A stretch of 64,000 bases of DNA from the human T2T-CHM13v2.0 reference genome, Homo sapiens: NCBI RefSeq assembly GCF_009914755.1, contig NC_060928.1; one strand, written 5' to 3'. Positions 41,552-54,996 of this stretch are shown here, one piece after another; within the stretch, counting starts at the first letter, position 1, and every line of letters begins with the position of its first letter. Under the pieces are notes generated by a model. It saw only the letters and a list, made by a program, of their open reading frames with translations, did not search any database and was not told where the DNA came from. A program made the position numbers and the translations under genes.

Positions 41552-42225
41552 TCCCATTACTGAGCGTTTCTCTAAAGAAAAGGAAGAAATCGGTACATCA
41601 AAGAGATATCTGCACCCCCATGTTTACTGCAATACTATTCACAATAGCCAACATATGGAATCAACCTAGCTGTCCAAGAATAGATAAATGATAAAGAAAA
41701 TGTAGTATACATATACCGGGAAATACTATTCATCCATTAAAAAGAGTGAAATGCTGTCATTTGTAGCAACATGGATAGAAGTGGCAGACATTTTGCTAAG
41801 TGAAACAAACCAAGAACAGAAAGTTAAACACCACATGCTCTCATTCATATGTAAAAGCTAAAAAAGGTTGATCACATAGAAGTAAAAAGAACAGAGGATA
41901 CTAGAGTCTGGGAAGGGTAGGGAGAGGGTGAGGATGGGTAGAGATTTGTTAAAGGATACAAAACTACAGCCAGATAGGAGGAATAAGTTCTAGTGTTTTA
42001 TAGCACTGTGAGATGACTACAGTTAACACTAACATATTATATAGTTTCAAATAGCTAGAAGCAGATACTGAATGTTCCCAAAACAAAGAAATAATACATG
42101 TGCCAGGTGATGAAATCCAGGGTAATATGCTAATTACCCTGGTGGATCACTATTCATTATAGGTATTGAAGCATGACTATTTACCCCATAAAATTTTTTG
42201 TGTCAATTTAAAAATAAAAATTAAA
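41552..42225 (+). mobile_element. L1MA 3' end (non-inverted part)
   Basis: Encodes CTPMFTAILFTIANIWNQPSCP (ORF2p C-terminus); L1MA 3'UTR and A-rich tail. Confidence 0.92.
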
Positions 42226-43029
42226 ATCCCATCAATTGGAAACAAGAAATATTTGTTGGACAAATGTGAAAGAAATGAACAAAGGCAAAAGAGAGCTAGT
42301 TGGGTTAAGGGGGTTGCTGATATCAAAACTTAAACTTGTGTGTCAAACTTTCAAATAAAAATTAACAAAATAAATCTATATGAGGATGTATATACATATG
42401 CATACATATTTTTTTCTGCCTCACCACTTTCCCAAAACTGTATGAGGCACAGCAAAAGTAAGGAAAAATAAATTACTAAAATAAGATTTTTAATTGGAAA
42501 GAAAAGGAAAAAGTAAATATCCAAAATATAACAATGAGTCAGGTGGTTGTGATTGAGTGAAAAGACCAACTACAATCTTCCTGACAAACCAGACTAAGGA
42601 AAATGTGATAAGTTGTGTAAGACATTTTGATATGAGAAGAGGAAATCCACTACTTTCCCAAGGGAGATAAAGCTTTTCCTAGAACCAAGCTCTGATAAAA
42701 ATTTCCAATGCAAGGAAGGAGCAGGGATCACTCAATGACATAATGACAACATGTTTACAATTTCAGAGCAAGTACAGAAACAACTGAAAAGAGATACCTG
42801 GTGAGGTTTAAGCAAAACTTAAAGTAGTCACCTTACATACCACAAAAATTTTCTACAATCAATTATTCCAGACAGGTTCACATAGCTTGTTCCACAAATA
42901 AGTACATAGAATCAGAAGTTGATAAAGAAGACAACACCACAATCTTACATAGATTTTCACAGGGTTTTTTCATATGACATAAAAAGTATAATAATGGCCA
43001 AAATAACAATTTAAACAAATGTAAATTTA

Positions 43030-43241
43030 TGAGAATTTACTACATACCTGGTTCTTACATAAGTCCTTTACAAATATTACTCATTAGCATTTGCAACAAT
43101 ACTATCTAAGCACTATCATCTGTTGTTTACTGAGAAAGAAACAGAATCAGAAAGGTAAAGAAACTTTGTCCAAGAAACTTGTCACATAGCAAAGTCAGAA
43201 TTAAATCATAGGATTCTCTGACTTTTAAGTAGTATAATCTT
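43030..43241 (-). mobile_element. MIR (target of the L1PA insertion)
   Basis: ctcattagcatttgcaacaatac...tttactgagaaagaaacagaatcagaaaggtaaagaaactt. Confidence 0.65.
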
Positions 43242-45288
43242 TTTTTATTTTATTTTAAGTTCTGGGATACATGTGCAGAACATGGAGGTTTGTTACATAG
43301 GTATACATGTGCCATGGTGGTTTGCTGCTCCTATCAACCCGTCATCTAGGTTTTAAGCCCTGTATGTGTTAGCTATTTGTCCTGATGCTCTCCCTCCCCT
43401 TTCACTCCACCTCCCCCGGACAGGCCCAGGTATGTGTTTTTCCCCTCCCTGTGTCCATGTGTTCTAATTGTTCAGCTCCCACTTATGAGTAAGAACATGT
43501 GATGTTTGGTTTCCTGTTCCCGTATTAGTTTGCTGAGGATGATGGCTTCCAGCTTCATCCATGTCCCTGCAAAGAACATTAACTCATTCCTTTTTTATGG
43601 CTGCATAGTATTCCATGGTATATGTGCCACACTTCTTTATTCATTCTATCATTGATGGGCATTTGGGTTTGTTCCATGTCTTTGCTATTGTAAATAGTAC
43701 TGCCATAAATATACGTGTGCATTTATCTTTAGAGTAGAATGATTTATATTCCTTTGGGTATATACCCAGTAATGGGAATGCTGGGTCAAATGATATTTCT
43801 GGTCCTAGATCCTTGAGGAATTGCCACACTGTCTTCCACAATGGTTGAACTAACTTACATTGCCACCAATGATATAAAAATGTTCCTATTTTTCCACAGC
43901 CTCACCAGTATCTGTTGTTTCTTGACTTTTTAATAATCGCCATTCTGACTGATGTGAGATGGTATCTCATTGTGGTTTTGATTTGCATTTCTCTACTGAT
44001 CAGTGATGTTGAGCTTCTTTTTCATATATTTGTTGGTCGCATAAATGTCTTCTTTTGAGAAGTGTCTGTTCATATCCTTTGCCCACGTTTTGATGGGGTT
44101 GTTTTTTTGTTGTAAATTTGTTTAAGGTCCTTGTAGATTCTAGATATTAGACCTTTGTCGGATGGGTAGATTGCAAAAATTTTCTCCCATTCTGTAGGTT
44201 TCCTATTCACTCTGATGATAGTTTCTTTTGCTGTGTAGAAGCTCTTTAGTTTAATTTGATCCCATTTGTCAATTTCAGCTTTTGTTACAATTGCTTTTGG
44301 CATTTTTATCATGAGATCTTTGCCCATGCCTATGTCCTGAATAGTATTGCCTAGGTTTTCTTCTAGAGTTTTTATGGTTTGGGGTTTTACATTTAAGTCT
44401 TTAATCCATCTTCAGTTAATTTTTGTATAAGGTATAAGGAAGGGGTCCAGTTTCAGTTTTCTGCATATGGCCAGCCAGTTTCCAAACACCATTTATTAAA
44501 TAGGGAATCCTTTTCCTATTGCTTGTTTTTGTCAGGTTTGTCAAAGATCGGATGGTTGTGGATGTGTGGTATTATTTCTGAGGCCTCTGTTCTGTTCCAT
44601 TGGTCTATATGTCTGTTTTGGTACCAGTACCATGCTGTTTTGGTCACTGTAGCCTTGTAGGTTTGAAGTCAGGTAGCGTTATGCTTCCAGCTTTGTTCTT
44701 TTTGCTTGGGGCTGTCCTGGCTATATGGGCTCTTTTTCAGTTCCATGTGAAATTTAAAGTAGTTTTTTATAATTCTGTGAAGAATGTCAATGGTAGTTTG
44801 ATGGGAATAGCATTGAATCTATAAATTAGTTTGGGCAGTATGGCCATTTTCATGATACTGATTCTTCCTATCCATGAGGATGGAAGGTTTTTCCATTTGT
44901 TTGTGTCATCTCTTATTTCCTTGAACAGCAGTTTTTAGTTATCCTTGAAGAGGTATAGCTGTATTCCTAGGTATTTTATTCTCTTTGTAGCAATTGTGAA
45001 TGAGAGTTCATTCATGATTTGGCTCTCTGTTTGTCTGTTGTTGGCGTATAGGAATGCTTGTGATTTTTGCACATTGATTTTGTATCCTGAGACTTTGCTG
45101 AAATTGCTTATCAGCTTAAGGAGTTTTGGGGCTGAGACAATGGGATTTTCTAAATATAGAATCATGCCGTCTGCAAACAGAGACAATTTGAGATATGTTC
45201 CACCAATAACTAGTTTATTGAGAGTTTTCAGCATGAAGGGATGTTGAATATTGTCAAAGGCCTTTTCTGCATCTATTGAGATAATTAT
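43242..45288 (-). mobile_element. L1PA (older primate subfamily), 5'-truncated, about 2 kb
   Basis: T-tail, L1PA 3'UTR and ORF2p fragments ([55 protein letters not shown]); 61-bp flanking duplication. Confidence 0.96.
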
Positions 45289-45780
45289 GTCACACAGCAA
45301 AGTCAGAATTAAATCTTAGGATTCTCTGACTTCTAACTAGTATGATCTTAACTACTGCCTCCTGTAGTAAGATAATGATGCCTGAAACCCACTTGTTTCT
45401 TCTCGTAAATATTGGACCAAGAGACTCAAATATGCATTTTTTAGAAGAAAAAAGATGAAATAAACTGTTGAAAGTATATTTTAAAAAGTGATGATTCTAT
45501 AGCTTTGATATTCTATAATTTATTGTCTAAACTATACTTTGAGGCCATTTAGGTGTCATTGTACCTAAAGAACAACTTGAAGGAATTTGTCCTGGATCAG
45601 AGCTTTCTAGTGAGAATGATCCTTGAAACAACTCTGGAAATAAGAAATATGCACCTAGAACTCTAGACAAGATAATTAGTTGAATTGCTACACAAAGGGT
45701 TGATTACAATACCCCATTCAAAAAAGAACTCAGTGTCTAAAAAATTTTAATAATTTCTCAGATAAGAAAAAGACTTTTCA

Positions 45781-46118
45781 GGCTGGGCATGGTGGCTCAT
45801 GCCTGTAATCCCAGCACATTGGGAGGCCAAGATGGGTGGATCACTTGAGGCCAGGAGTTCAAGACCAGCCTGGTCAACATAGCAAAATCCCATCTCTACT
45901 AAAAATACAAAAATTAGCCGGGAGTGGCGGCACAGGCCTGTAGTCCCAGCTACTTGGCAGGGTGAGATGGGAGAATTGTTGAAACCAGGAGGTGGAGGTT
46001 GCGGTGAGCCAAGATTGTACCACTGCATTCCAGCCTGGGCAACAGAGTGAGATCCTGCCTCAAAAAAAAAAAAAAAAAAAAAAAGAAAGAAAGAAAGAAA
46101 GAAAAGAAAAGAAAAGAA
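45781..46118 (+). mobile_element. Alu (AluJ/Sz-like) with A/(AAAG)n tail
   Basis: Full dimer; TSD aga(a/aat)agacttttca on both sides. Confidence 0.95.
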
Positions 46119-46719
46119 ATAGACTTTTCAGATGTCTTCCATTCATCTGTAACCAATGCCAGGCCATAAAGTAATAGTGGTCTCTGATTACATAACAATT
46201 GGTCCTAAAAGCCAAACCTCCCACTGGGGTTTGTTCTACTTGGGTTTGGGGGTTTCCCTTCACCTTCTTAAAATAATAAAAGTAAAACTGTAAGATATAA
46301 ACTCTATGTTTGTGATTAAGCTCTGGCTTTTGCTTGATGTGCCACCTAAGTAACTTATTAAACCTCTTTTTGTTTTAATTATGTTTCTCAACAATCTTTA
46401 TTAATATCAGGGTTAGGAGGACAAAGATCTTTTAAAAATAATTACGATAGAATAGGCATGGCTTTGAAGATTCTCAATACTTCAAAATACGAGAGAAACT
46501 TCTCAGAGAAGGCAATAGATTTAAGAATTTATTGTATTAACAAGAGATACTAGAAAACTGGAGTTCCCAAATACTCTGTTAATCCTTGCCTCAGTCCACT
46601 TGTAGATATAAGCAGGATTGAACAGAGTTACATTTAAGATAAGCAAGAAGGGGAAACAATGGCTTCTGACATCACCAATAGTAGACTATGAAAGCTGTAG
46701 TTTTTTTATTTCCTAAATG

Positions 46720-47150
46720 CTGTTTCTTCACAGAGACAGTTATTCTTGTTTCCCTAGGAGAACTTCATTGGGCTGCCAATCATGATATCACCTCAGTCAC
46801 TAGTCTCAGCTACAGAAGTGGGCAGCCAAGCCAGGCCAGTCACAGAACCACATGCTCTAAAACCCACAATTAGCTATGGAACTGCCACATGATCCTCAAG
46901 AGCCCAAGAGGTCCTCCCTGGACCATTCTAATAATGCCCATTGGAAAAAAGACTCTCCTTATCTGTTTGACAGAAAAGTATAACTATGATCTGAGGCTTT
47001 GCAGCAACCATTGTTTATTACACAGAAAAAAGGCACGTATGCTGTAAGAGAGAATTACACGAACATGCAAAGTGGGAGAGAAATAAGTAGATAAAGACAA
47101 CATTGTTTTAGCCATTTGACATGTCTGCAGTCCACCACTGAATTCCCAGA
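46720..47150 (+). mobile_element. Old MLT1-type LTR fragment
   Basis: gggcagccaagccaggccagtc...gcagcaacca...ctgaattcccag; subfamily uncertain. Confidence 0.4.
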
Positions 47151-47999
47151 TAGGGGAGTCCTAGAGACTTGGGGTTAATCTCTCTCACAATATTGATTCT
47201 ATGGATAAGGTAAAAATGAGCTAACTCCAAAGTTGTCTAAATCACAAGCCCCTAAGTAGGAGGTATTAGTAATATTTCCTTCTGATTTGTCTCAAAACAT
47301 GACTTAAAATGTTTATGTATTGGTTAGTGCTGTACTGATATACTTATTGGAGACATACTATCTACATACAATTTAGAAATCAAATGTTATAGGTGGTCCC
47401 TACTTGAAACTGGATCTTACACCAATCTTTGCATTCCTTCTCTGCTTTCTTCTGTGTGAGAGAATTCACAGCTCTCTTAATTCTGGGCTCTCTTAATTAT
47501 GGAATTTGAAGACACTAGGAAATTTAAGCCCTGAACTATAAGCCTTCAATTATCAGACTACTGGGTATTAGATCTGTTCAACTCTGTGCATCGTCAGAAT
47601 GTGAAATTATAACCAGGGACTGTGGTGGTTAAATACATTTGTCAAATATAACTGCAGAGAGCACTCTCTGCTGGATTTACTCTCTACAGGTAGGCAGCAT
47701 GGATAACAGAAATGACTGCAGGGCTCAGGATGGCACTGCATTTCCTTTGACTTCGTTATTAACTGTAGAACAAAAAGGGAGGAAAACTAACATTCTCTTC
47801 CTATTTCATATAGCTAAAAAGTCTGTCAATTGTCACTATACTTCACAAATGTTGTTTTTAATAACATACATTAGATATTTTCAAATGCTAAGAAGTGTAT
47901 AGGACAAAACATAAGTTCTACCCCTTAGTTAAGCCTTAATGTTTTTAAATGACAAAAGTCTTACACACACATCATAGAAATCCATGTAATTTAGAAAGA

Positions 48000-48520
48000 C
48001 ATAAGATGAGATGTAGAATTCTCTCTCCCCCAAATTCCACTCCTTCTCCCCACATTTAACTATTAACAAAAATTTTTATGTATCCTTCCAAAACCAAAAA
48101 GTTGAAATTGACTAGTATATGTATGTCTGTGTATATATCCTTTTATTTATATCAATGGAATCATTCATACTGTTCGGCACTTTTTTCTTTTTACTTAATT
48201 TTATAACTTGTAAAACATTCATATTAACACAGAGATTTATTTCATTCTTTTAAAAACCTGTATAGTCTCATCATTTACATAGCCCATTCCTTATTGATAA
48301 ACATTGTGTTCAAGGTTTTCTGCTATTGCAAATAATTCTGTAGTATGTATGTGTATATATGTATGTTATATATGCACATATGTAAACATATATATATCAC
48401 AAGCACACATACATAGGGATCTCAAAATATATACATACATGTATATCACAACCACACACACAAAGTATCTACATATCTCTCTCTGACACACACACACACA
48501 CACACGCACACACACGCACG
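48000..48520 (-). mobile_element. Old L1ME fragment followed by (TA)/(CA)-rich low-complexity sequence
   Basis: tatgtatccttcc...aatggaatcat...ttcattctttt...ttttctgctattgcaaataat. Confidence 0.6.
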
Positions 48521-49779
48521 TATACCCCTTTAGGTATTATAATGACATTTTTCCCCATGTGGTAAAATCTGCTCTGTTATTTAATTCACAGGGCAAGGTA
48601 TAATTAACAACAAGGCCACCATGTGTTATGATCCTTGGAATGAAGGTACATTTTGCAAATGTGAAGAGTCACCATTAATGTTTTATCCTTAAAAATTGAA
48701 TGGCTTCTTTTTATTTGAGAAGAGTTGCCATTGAGTTTTGTTCTAGAGAATGAAGTACAATGAGACCTTTCTCCTACATCCTAACTAGTTCATGCTTTGT
48801 CTATATTCTCTGATTTAATTATCAGTTTAGTGAGCTTTCCTATTTTGCAGAGAAATTTAACAGTAAAAATAGAAACAATAGCCATTCCATTTCTATACTA
48901 AAGCAAATACCATCTTGTGCTGTGTTTGTGTTGCAGGTGGGAAAGACAGGCCTTTCTCAAAATTTTTCATTAAGGTATCCAGTCCAGCCAAGACAGTAAC
49001 ACTCCATCACTACTCAGGGACATATTTATCTATAAATCATGTTATGCATGCGTGCTTATCTCCATCAGCATATACACAGAATACAGTCTTTTTTTAATGA
49101 GCCTAGTTCCTGACTCTTGAAGCAAAAGTCACTTTGTAATCACCAAAATTGCCCCTCTAAATGTGAGAAAACACAGGTTTTTGCATAGCACTCACTTCGT
49201 GTTTTGCATTTAGAAGCCCCCAGACCTTCTAATACAGTTGTGCAGACTTGAAATTGAACTTCGAAGGTTGAGTAAGTGCCTTCGACTAGTAGCATTTCTT
49301 ACAGTGCATTCATTATGAAACTTGACACAGTGCATTCCTAGAGAATTATTTAAAAAAAAAGAAGTCATTTACATAAGGTTTCCTCACCAAGAAAATATTA
49401 AGCACACCTCCAAGTTAGTTTGCCACTCTCACATAGTGCCTGGTTGCTATGGGTTACCACCTTCCCAGATGCATTTATCTCTGGAGGAAGAATGTAAGAT
49501 ACCAATGAAAGGATCTATCACTGACTACACTGACTATAGTGTATACTGACTACAAAAGAATAATAAATGCAAATAGATTCCAGTTTAAAGTCATTTTTAA
49601 GCCATAGCAAGGGCTCTTAACTTGTATTCCTTTTCTTTTTCTTTTTTAATTTCTTTTTTCCTTTTGGGGGCAAAGTTTTGCTATTGCAATTGTAGCTGTT
49701 CTATCAGAAACAATTTTGCTGAATCTTTAAAATAACTCATCCAGCCACCATAATTCTTGTCTACCAAAGAAAAGACTGA

Positions 49780-50082
<303 letters not shown>

Positions 50083-50208
50083 GACTGTTAGTTAAACATC
50101 AGGACTTTCAACATGAAATGAATTGCTCCAGAAAAAGAAAAGTTGACAGCGCAGATTTAAAAAACAATTGGTACTAATATTGAATTGCCCTTTTGGGTCT
50201 ATGGAAGG

Positions 50209-50245
50209 TGTGTTTGTGTATGTGTGTGTGTGTGTGTGTGTGTGT
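50209..50245. repeat. (TG)n microsatellite
   Basis: TG run with few interruptions. Confidence 0.9.
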
Positions 50246-50789
50246 AATCAATTACAAGGGAAGCAGAAGCATTTCATAGCAAGGAGCACAGAGGAACTTA
50301 ACACCTAGCATCTGTTCAACTTAAAAGAAAACTAAACAGGCTCTATAGCTGAAAAATAAGTAAATAAATTACAGGATGCTCATCCACATACCAAAAGGCT
50401 TTACTCTATAGCTCCTTAAACAACTACCACTAAAACGGCATTGAACTAGGAGCATATTTTCCCACCAACATCATGTAAGTTGACATGTTTGTGTTATTAT
50501 GTGGTCTTTATAAAGATTTTTAAATGTCAGCAGAGAATTTTAAAAGTTAGGAAAGCTTTTGTTTGTTTTCAAAAGCATTTGAAGTCCATATCTCGGAAGT
50601 AAACACTGTTAACATTCATTGTACTTGTATTCAGTGACTAAAAATGGTTATAAAAGTTCCAAACTCTTGGCACATATTTTCACATTGTCCTTTAGAAAGG
50701 TCATACCTTTCATACCACCAGTGTATCAAAATGTCCATTTCACCGAACCCTTTTATTTTACCAAAATCCTTTGATCTAATTGAGAGGTC

Positions 50790-51312
50790 ATGATTTTCTA
50801 TAAAAAGCCATATAGTGAATATTTTTGGCTTTGTAAGCCATGAGTCTTTTTTTGAGACAGGGTCTCCCTCTGTCTCCCAGGCTGAAGTACAGTGGTAAAA
50901 TTGTGGCTTACTGTAGCCTCAACCTCCCTGGCTCAAGTGATCCTCCCACCACCCAAGTAGCTGGTACAACAGGCGCATGCCACAATGCCTGGCTAAGTTT
51001 TTATTTTTATTTTTTGTAGAGATGGGGTTTCACCATGTTGCCCAGGCTAGTCTCCAACTCCTGAGCTCAAGCAATTTGCCCATCTTGGCCTCTGAAAGTG
51101 CTGGGATTACAGGCATGAGCCACTGCGCCCAACCGCCATCCAGTTTTTATTGCAAGTTCTCAATTCTTGCCACTGCACATTGAAAGCAGCTATAGACCAC
51201 AAGTAAACAAGTGGGTATACTTATTCCAATAAACTGTGTTCTAATAAAACTTTATTTACAAAAACAGGAAGCTGGCCACATTTGGTCCATGGGCTATAGT
51301 TTGCCAAAACCT
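50790..51312. mobile_element. MER58A split by an Alu
   Basis: ttttctataaaaagcca...atttttggcttt ... aataaaactttatttacaaaaacagg...gggctatagtttgcc. Confidence 0.85.
50846..51136 (-). mobile_element. AluJ
   Basis: gagacagggtctc...gcctcaacctccctggctcaagtgatcctccc...ctgagctcaagcaat. Confidence 0.93.
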
Positions 51313-51549
51313 CTCAGAACTATGTGGTCTTACAATTTTAAAAATGAAGATTTTCACATTCTCAGAAATCTACAAAGAATCGTGTGTGTGTGTGCATGTG
51401 TGCGTGTGCATGTGTGTGTTCTTATTGTAAAACCTACAAACAAATTCATTCATCATAAGTGAGCAAAAAACGGAAAGGGCAACTTAGAACTGACAGTGCA
51501 GAGACTCTCTAACTTCCAAAAATTATAATCCCCATCACCACAGCTAATA

Positions 51550-51700
51550 GCTAAAACTCATATAGCACTTTACAGCTTATAAAGTGTGTTCTCATTTATT
51601 ATCTCATTTGATCTTCCAACACCATGAGGTGGCTATGATTATCCCAACTTTACAGATGGAGAAACCAAGGCTTAGTGTATTAGCTGTGAGACTGAAGCCC
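51550..51700 (-). mobile_element. MIR
   Basis: atctcatttgatcttcc...ttttacagatggagaaaccaaggc-like core. Confidence 0.75.
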
Positions 51701-53671
51701 AGAAATGACTTTGTTACCACAACTGCTGTTTAAAGTGTACACCAAACAGAAAAGTCAGTACTAAAAATTCTCCTGATAGTGCAAACCCAGAGAGGCAAAA
51801 TTACAGACAAATCTTTCCTCTGCTTTTCAGATAAACTGTTTGTTTTCTCTTTAAGACCTGAAGATTTTGTCAGCAGAAATGGGTGGTAATTACTAAGATA
51901 AGAGATTGATCTTGTATTCTAGTCTGCTAATGTTTGTTTTGTGCCAGAATTGTCCCGGTGGCACTGAGCCAAAAAGAATGAAACAGCTATAAATGTCTAG
52001 GCAGAGGCCTGAAAAATAAATTACAAGAAAGAAAATATATAATTAGGAATCTTGTGAACTAAATTTGAAGATATTCACAAGCTCTGTGAGTTTTTGCAGT
52101 AGTGAAGAGAGATTCAGACACCAAATAGCAAAGGAGAATTGCACTTTTTTTCCTTCAGAGAAAGACACCAGGAAGAGTGCTGAAGCATATTGAAAGGAAG
52201 AGGTTGGTAATTTTTCCTTAACTATAGAGGCAACGTCATCCTGTGACCACAAAGAACATTCTGCTGACCTTGACCATTTTTCCTGTCATCTATGTGCTGA
52301 GCTCTATGCATAGCCCTCAGACAGACACAAAGCAAAGTCAGGCATAGCTCTGGAACTCCAGCGCATGTTCTCTGAGACTTACATCAGTGTGCACCTTTGC
52401 CGGTAAAGGACTCTTCCATTCACATTAGTTAAGAGCCAGGCTGGTTAATGGCCACATATTGCCCACTTACTCCCTGTTGTTCTTCAGCACTTGAGGCAGA
52501 GCTTTAGCAAGGCCCTCACAAATCTTTCTTCCCACATTTTCCAGTTTCCAAATACAGCTTTCTATACTACAGCTACAGGGATATCTTGATGTTGTCTCCT
52601 CTTTGAATGCACTAGGCAAGTGAGGTTGCATTGGAAACAGCTGGCTGCTGTGAGGCGTTGGTGCTAGCTCAGATGCATGCAGATGGCTGGGTTTTCCAAG
52701 TGCCTGCATGTTATGGGCAGTTTGCAAAGTTAGCACTGTGTTTTGGAAAAAGAACAAGCCCAGAGACAGCCAAGCCCATGTACTAGAACACAGTAGTGAG
52801 CTGCTAAAATTTTCTTTGGAAACACATCCCTGAAAATGTTCACAGAATCCTGCTAACCTCCGCAATTTGTGGTCCAGTAATGAGTTGATCCACAAAATGG
52901 GTAGAGCTGAATTGGAAGAAGAAGGGCAAGTTGTAAGAAAGTTGGCAATCAATTCCAAGGTGGTAAGCAGCAATTCCTGGAGTGGGTTGTAGTTCCAGCC
53001 CCTGCCATTATGTTACCTCAGCAAGTAAGTTCAGCTCTCTGGACTGCCTCTTCTCCATTATAAATATGGGAAAGACAATGTATTCTATGATGTTTGTGCA
53101 AAGATGAAAGAAGAATGAGTTTTCTAAACTGTGAAATGCTATCCAAATGTCAGGAACTGTTACATAGTTATAGATCTTGCTCTACTATGAATCACTAGGG
53201 ATGTCATAAATTATTCTTGTGCAAGTTTATCAATACCACCTCAGAGACATATTGAACATCAACTGGCACTTCAATAGCATCAGTGTAAACACCTGGCCCA
53301 CAGCCAGTCACCATACCATGGAATTAAGAGGGAAAAGAGAGTTTGTCTCTGGTTTCAGGGTGTTTCCTTGTACTCAAAAGAAGAGCTGAAATTTCAAGAT
53401 TTGATGAAAAATACAAAATAGAATCAATCACCCTGCACAAGTTTCTATATCCTTCACATAAAGTATTTTATTACCGCCATTGTATAGTTACCTTACTGGG
53501 CCTAGAATAACTGATGCTAGATTAAGGAAACTATTTGTGTGGGAAGTAAACTAAAAATATAGTACTTTTCCTCTTAACTGCAATTATACCCTGTATTATA
53601 CATAGAGTATCCTGTCTGAGGTTGGAATGATTAATTTTATATGTTAATTTGGATACGTCTATCTATCTATT

Positions 53672-53679
<8 letters not shown>

Positions 53680-53723
<44 letters not shown>
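53680..53723. repeat. (TG)n microsatellite
   Basis: Pure TG run. Confidence 0.95.
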
Positions 53724-53724
<1 letters not shown>

Positions 53725-53829
53725 TGTGTTTTGGAAAAAGAAATTTAACATTATATATAAAGAGAGATTTCATTTCACATATGTAGACACGCACACACAT
53801 ATATATACCTCCTATTTGTGTGTATCTGT

Positions 53830-54215
53830 GTGTATATATATGTATGTATATATATGTATATATGTATATGTATATACGTATATATGTATATATACATATA
53901 TATGTATATACGTATATATATGTATATATACATATGTATATGTATATACGTATATATATGTATATATACATATGTATATGTATATATGTATATATATGTA
54001 TATATACATATGTATATGTATATATGTATATATACATATGTATATGTATATATGTATATATATGTATATATACATATGTATATGTATATATGTATATATA
54101 TGTATATATACATATGTATATGTATATATGTATATATATGTATATATACATATGTATATGTATATATGTATATATATGTATATATACATATGTATATGTA
54201 TATATGTATATATAC
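53830..54215. repeat. TA-rich minisatellite, 38-bp unit
   Basis: CATATG anchors at 53931, 53969, 54007, 54035, 54073, 54111, 54149 and 54187 (38-bp steps, one 28-bp step). Confidence 0.95.
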
Positions 54216-54605
54216 ACACACACACATAGACACACATATATATATACCTCCTATTGGTCTGTTTCTCTGGAGAACGCTGACAAATAGAGAGGTTGAGTTC
54301 CATTATTTAAAGGAAAATATAAAGAAGGAGAAAATGAAAAAAAAAAAAGAGGCACCTTTAAGATAGCTCCCCTTAAAATTTTATTTAAATGGTAGAGACT
54401 GTATTATTTCCTTTAAAATACTGTGTCTTAAGTGTACAAGTTTATAAATAATTTAAAAGGTGCTTTATTTAAGCAAGCACTTAATAAATTAGAACAAAAG
54501 CTGTGATAAGAAGTAGATTACATGGGACACATTTTAGTAAGTATTAGATTGTAAATTTGTGGCAGACAAGGTTCCTTGTACCATATTTAGTTCAATCTCT
54601 GATCT

Positions 54606-54690
54606 GTCAGACTGAACCACACGAAATTGCTGATATTTGAATGTGTCTGACTTATTTTAAAGGAGCATTTTCATTTGGTTCAATCTAATA
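54606..54690. mobile_element. MADE2-like mariner MITE
   Basis: Imperfect palindrome tgaaccacacgaaattgc...gcattttcatttggttcaatctaata. Confidence 0.75.
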
Positions 54691-54923
54691 GGAATATATT
54701 ACATTTTTTTATGTAATAGTCAAGAAAGAGCATTTTTAGATTACTTCCCACACAAATAGTTTCCTTGATCTAGCATCAGTTATTCTAGGTCCAGTAAGGT
54801 AACTGTAAGATGGCGGTAATAAGTTACTTCATGTGAAGGGTATACAAACTTGGGCAGGGTGATTGATTCTATTTTGTATTTTTCATCAAATCTTGAAATT
54901 TCAGCTTTGCTTTTGAGTACAAG

Positions 54924-54925
<2 letters not shown>

Positions 54926-54996
<71 letters not shown>

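Larger units (their letters stand above)
53622..54287 (+). mobile_element. MLT2 LTR remnant (5' end and 3' tail only, with microsatellite expansion)
   Basis: gattaattttatatgttaatttg start; end cctattggtctgtttctctggagaacgctgacaaataga. Confidence 0.8.

Noticed and set aside
43641-45300. ORFs with reverse-transcriptase similarity
   Set aside because: Fragments of a dead, 5'-truncated L1 ORF2; not a host gene or an active element
52467-52973. 168-aa minus-strand ORF
   Set aside because: Non-ATG start and no recognisable motif; consistent with a chance ORF
53663-54366. Six long ORFs (152-190 aa) rich in Y/I/V/C/M/H/T
   Set aside because: Translations of the TA-rich tandem repeat, which lacks stop codons; not genes
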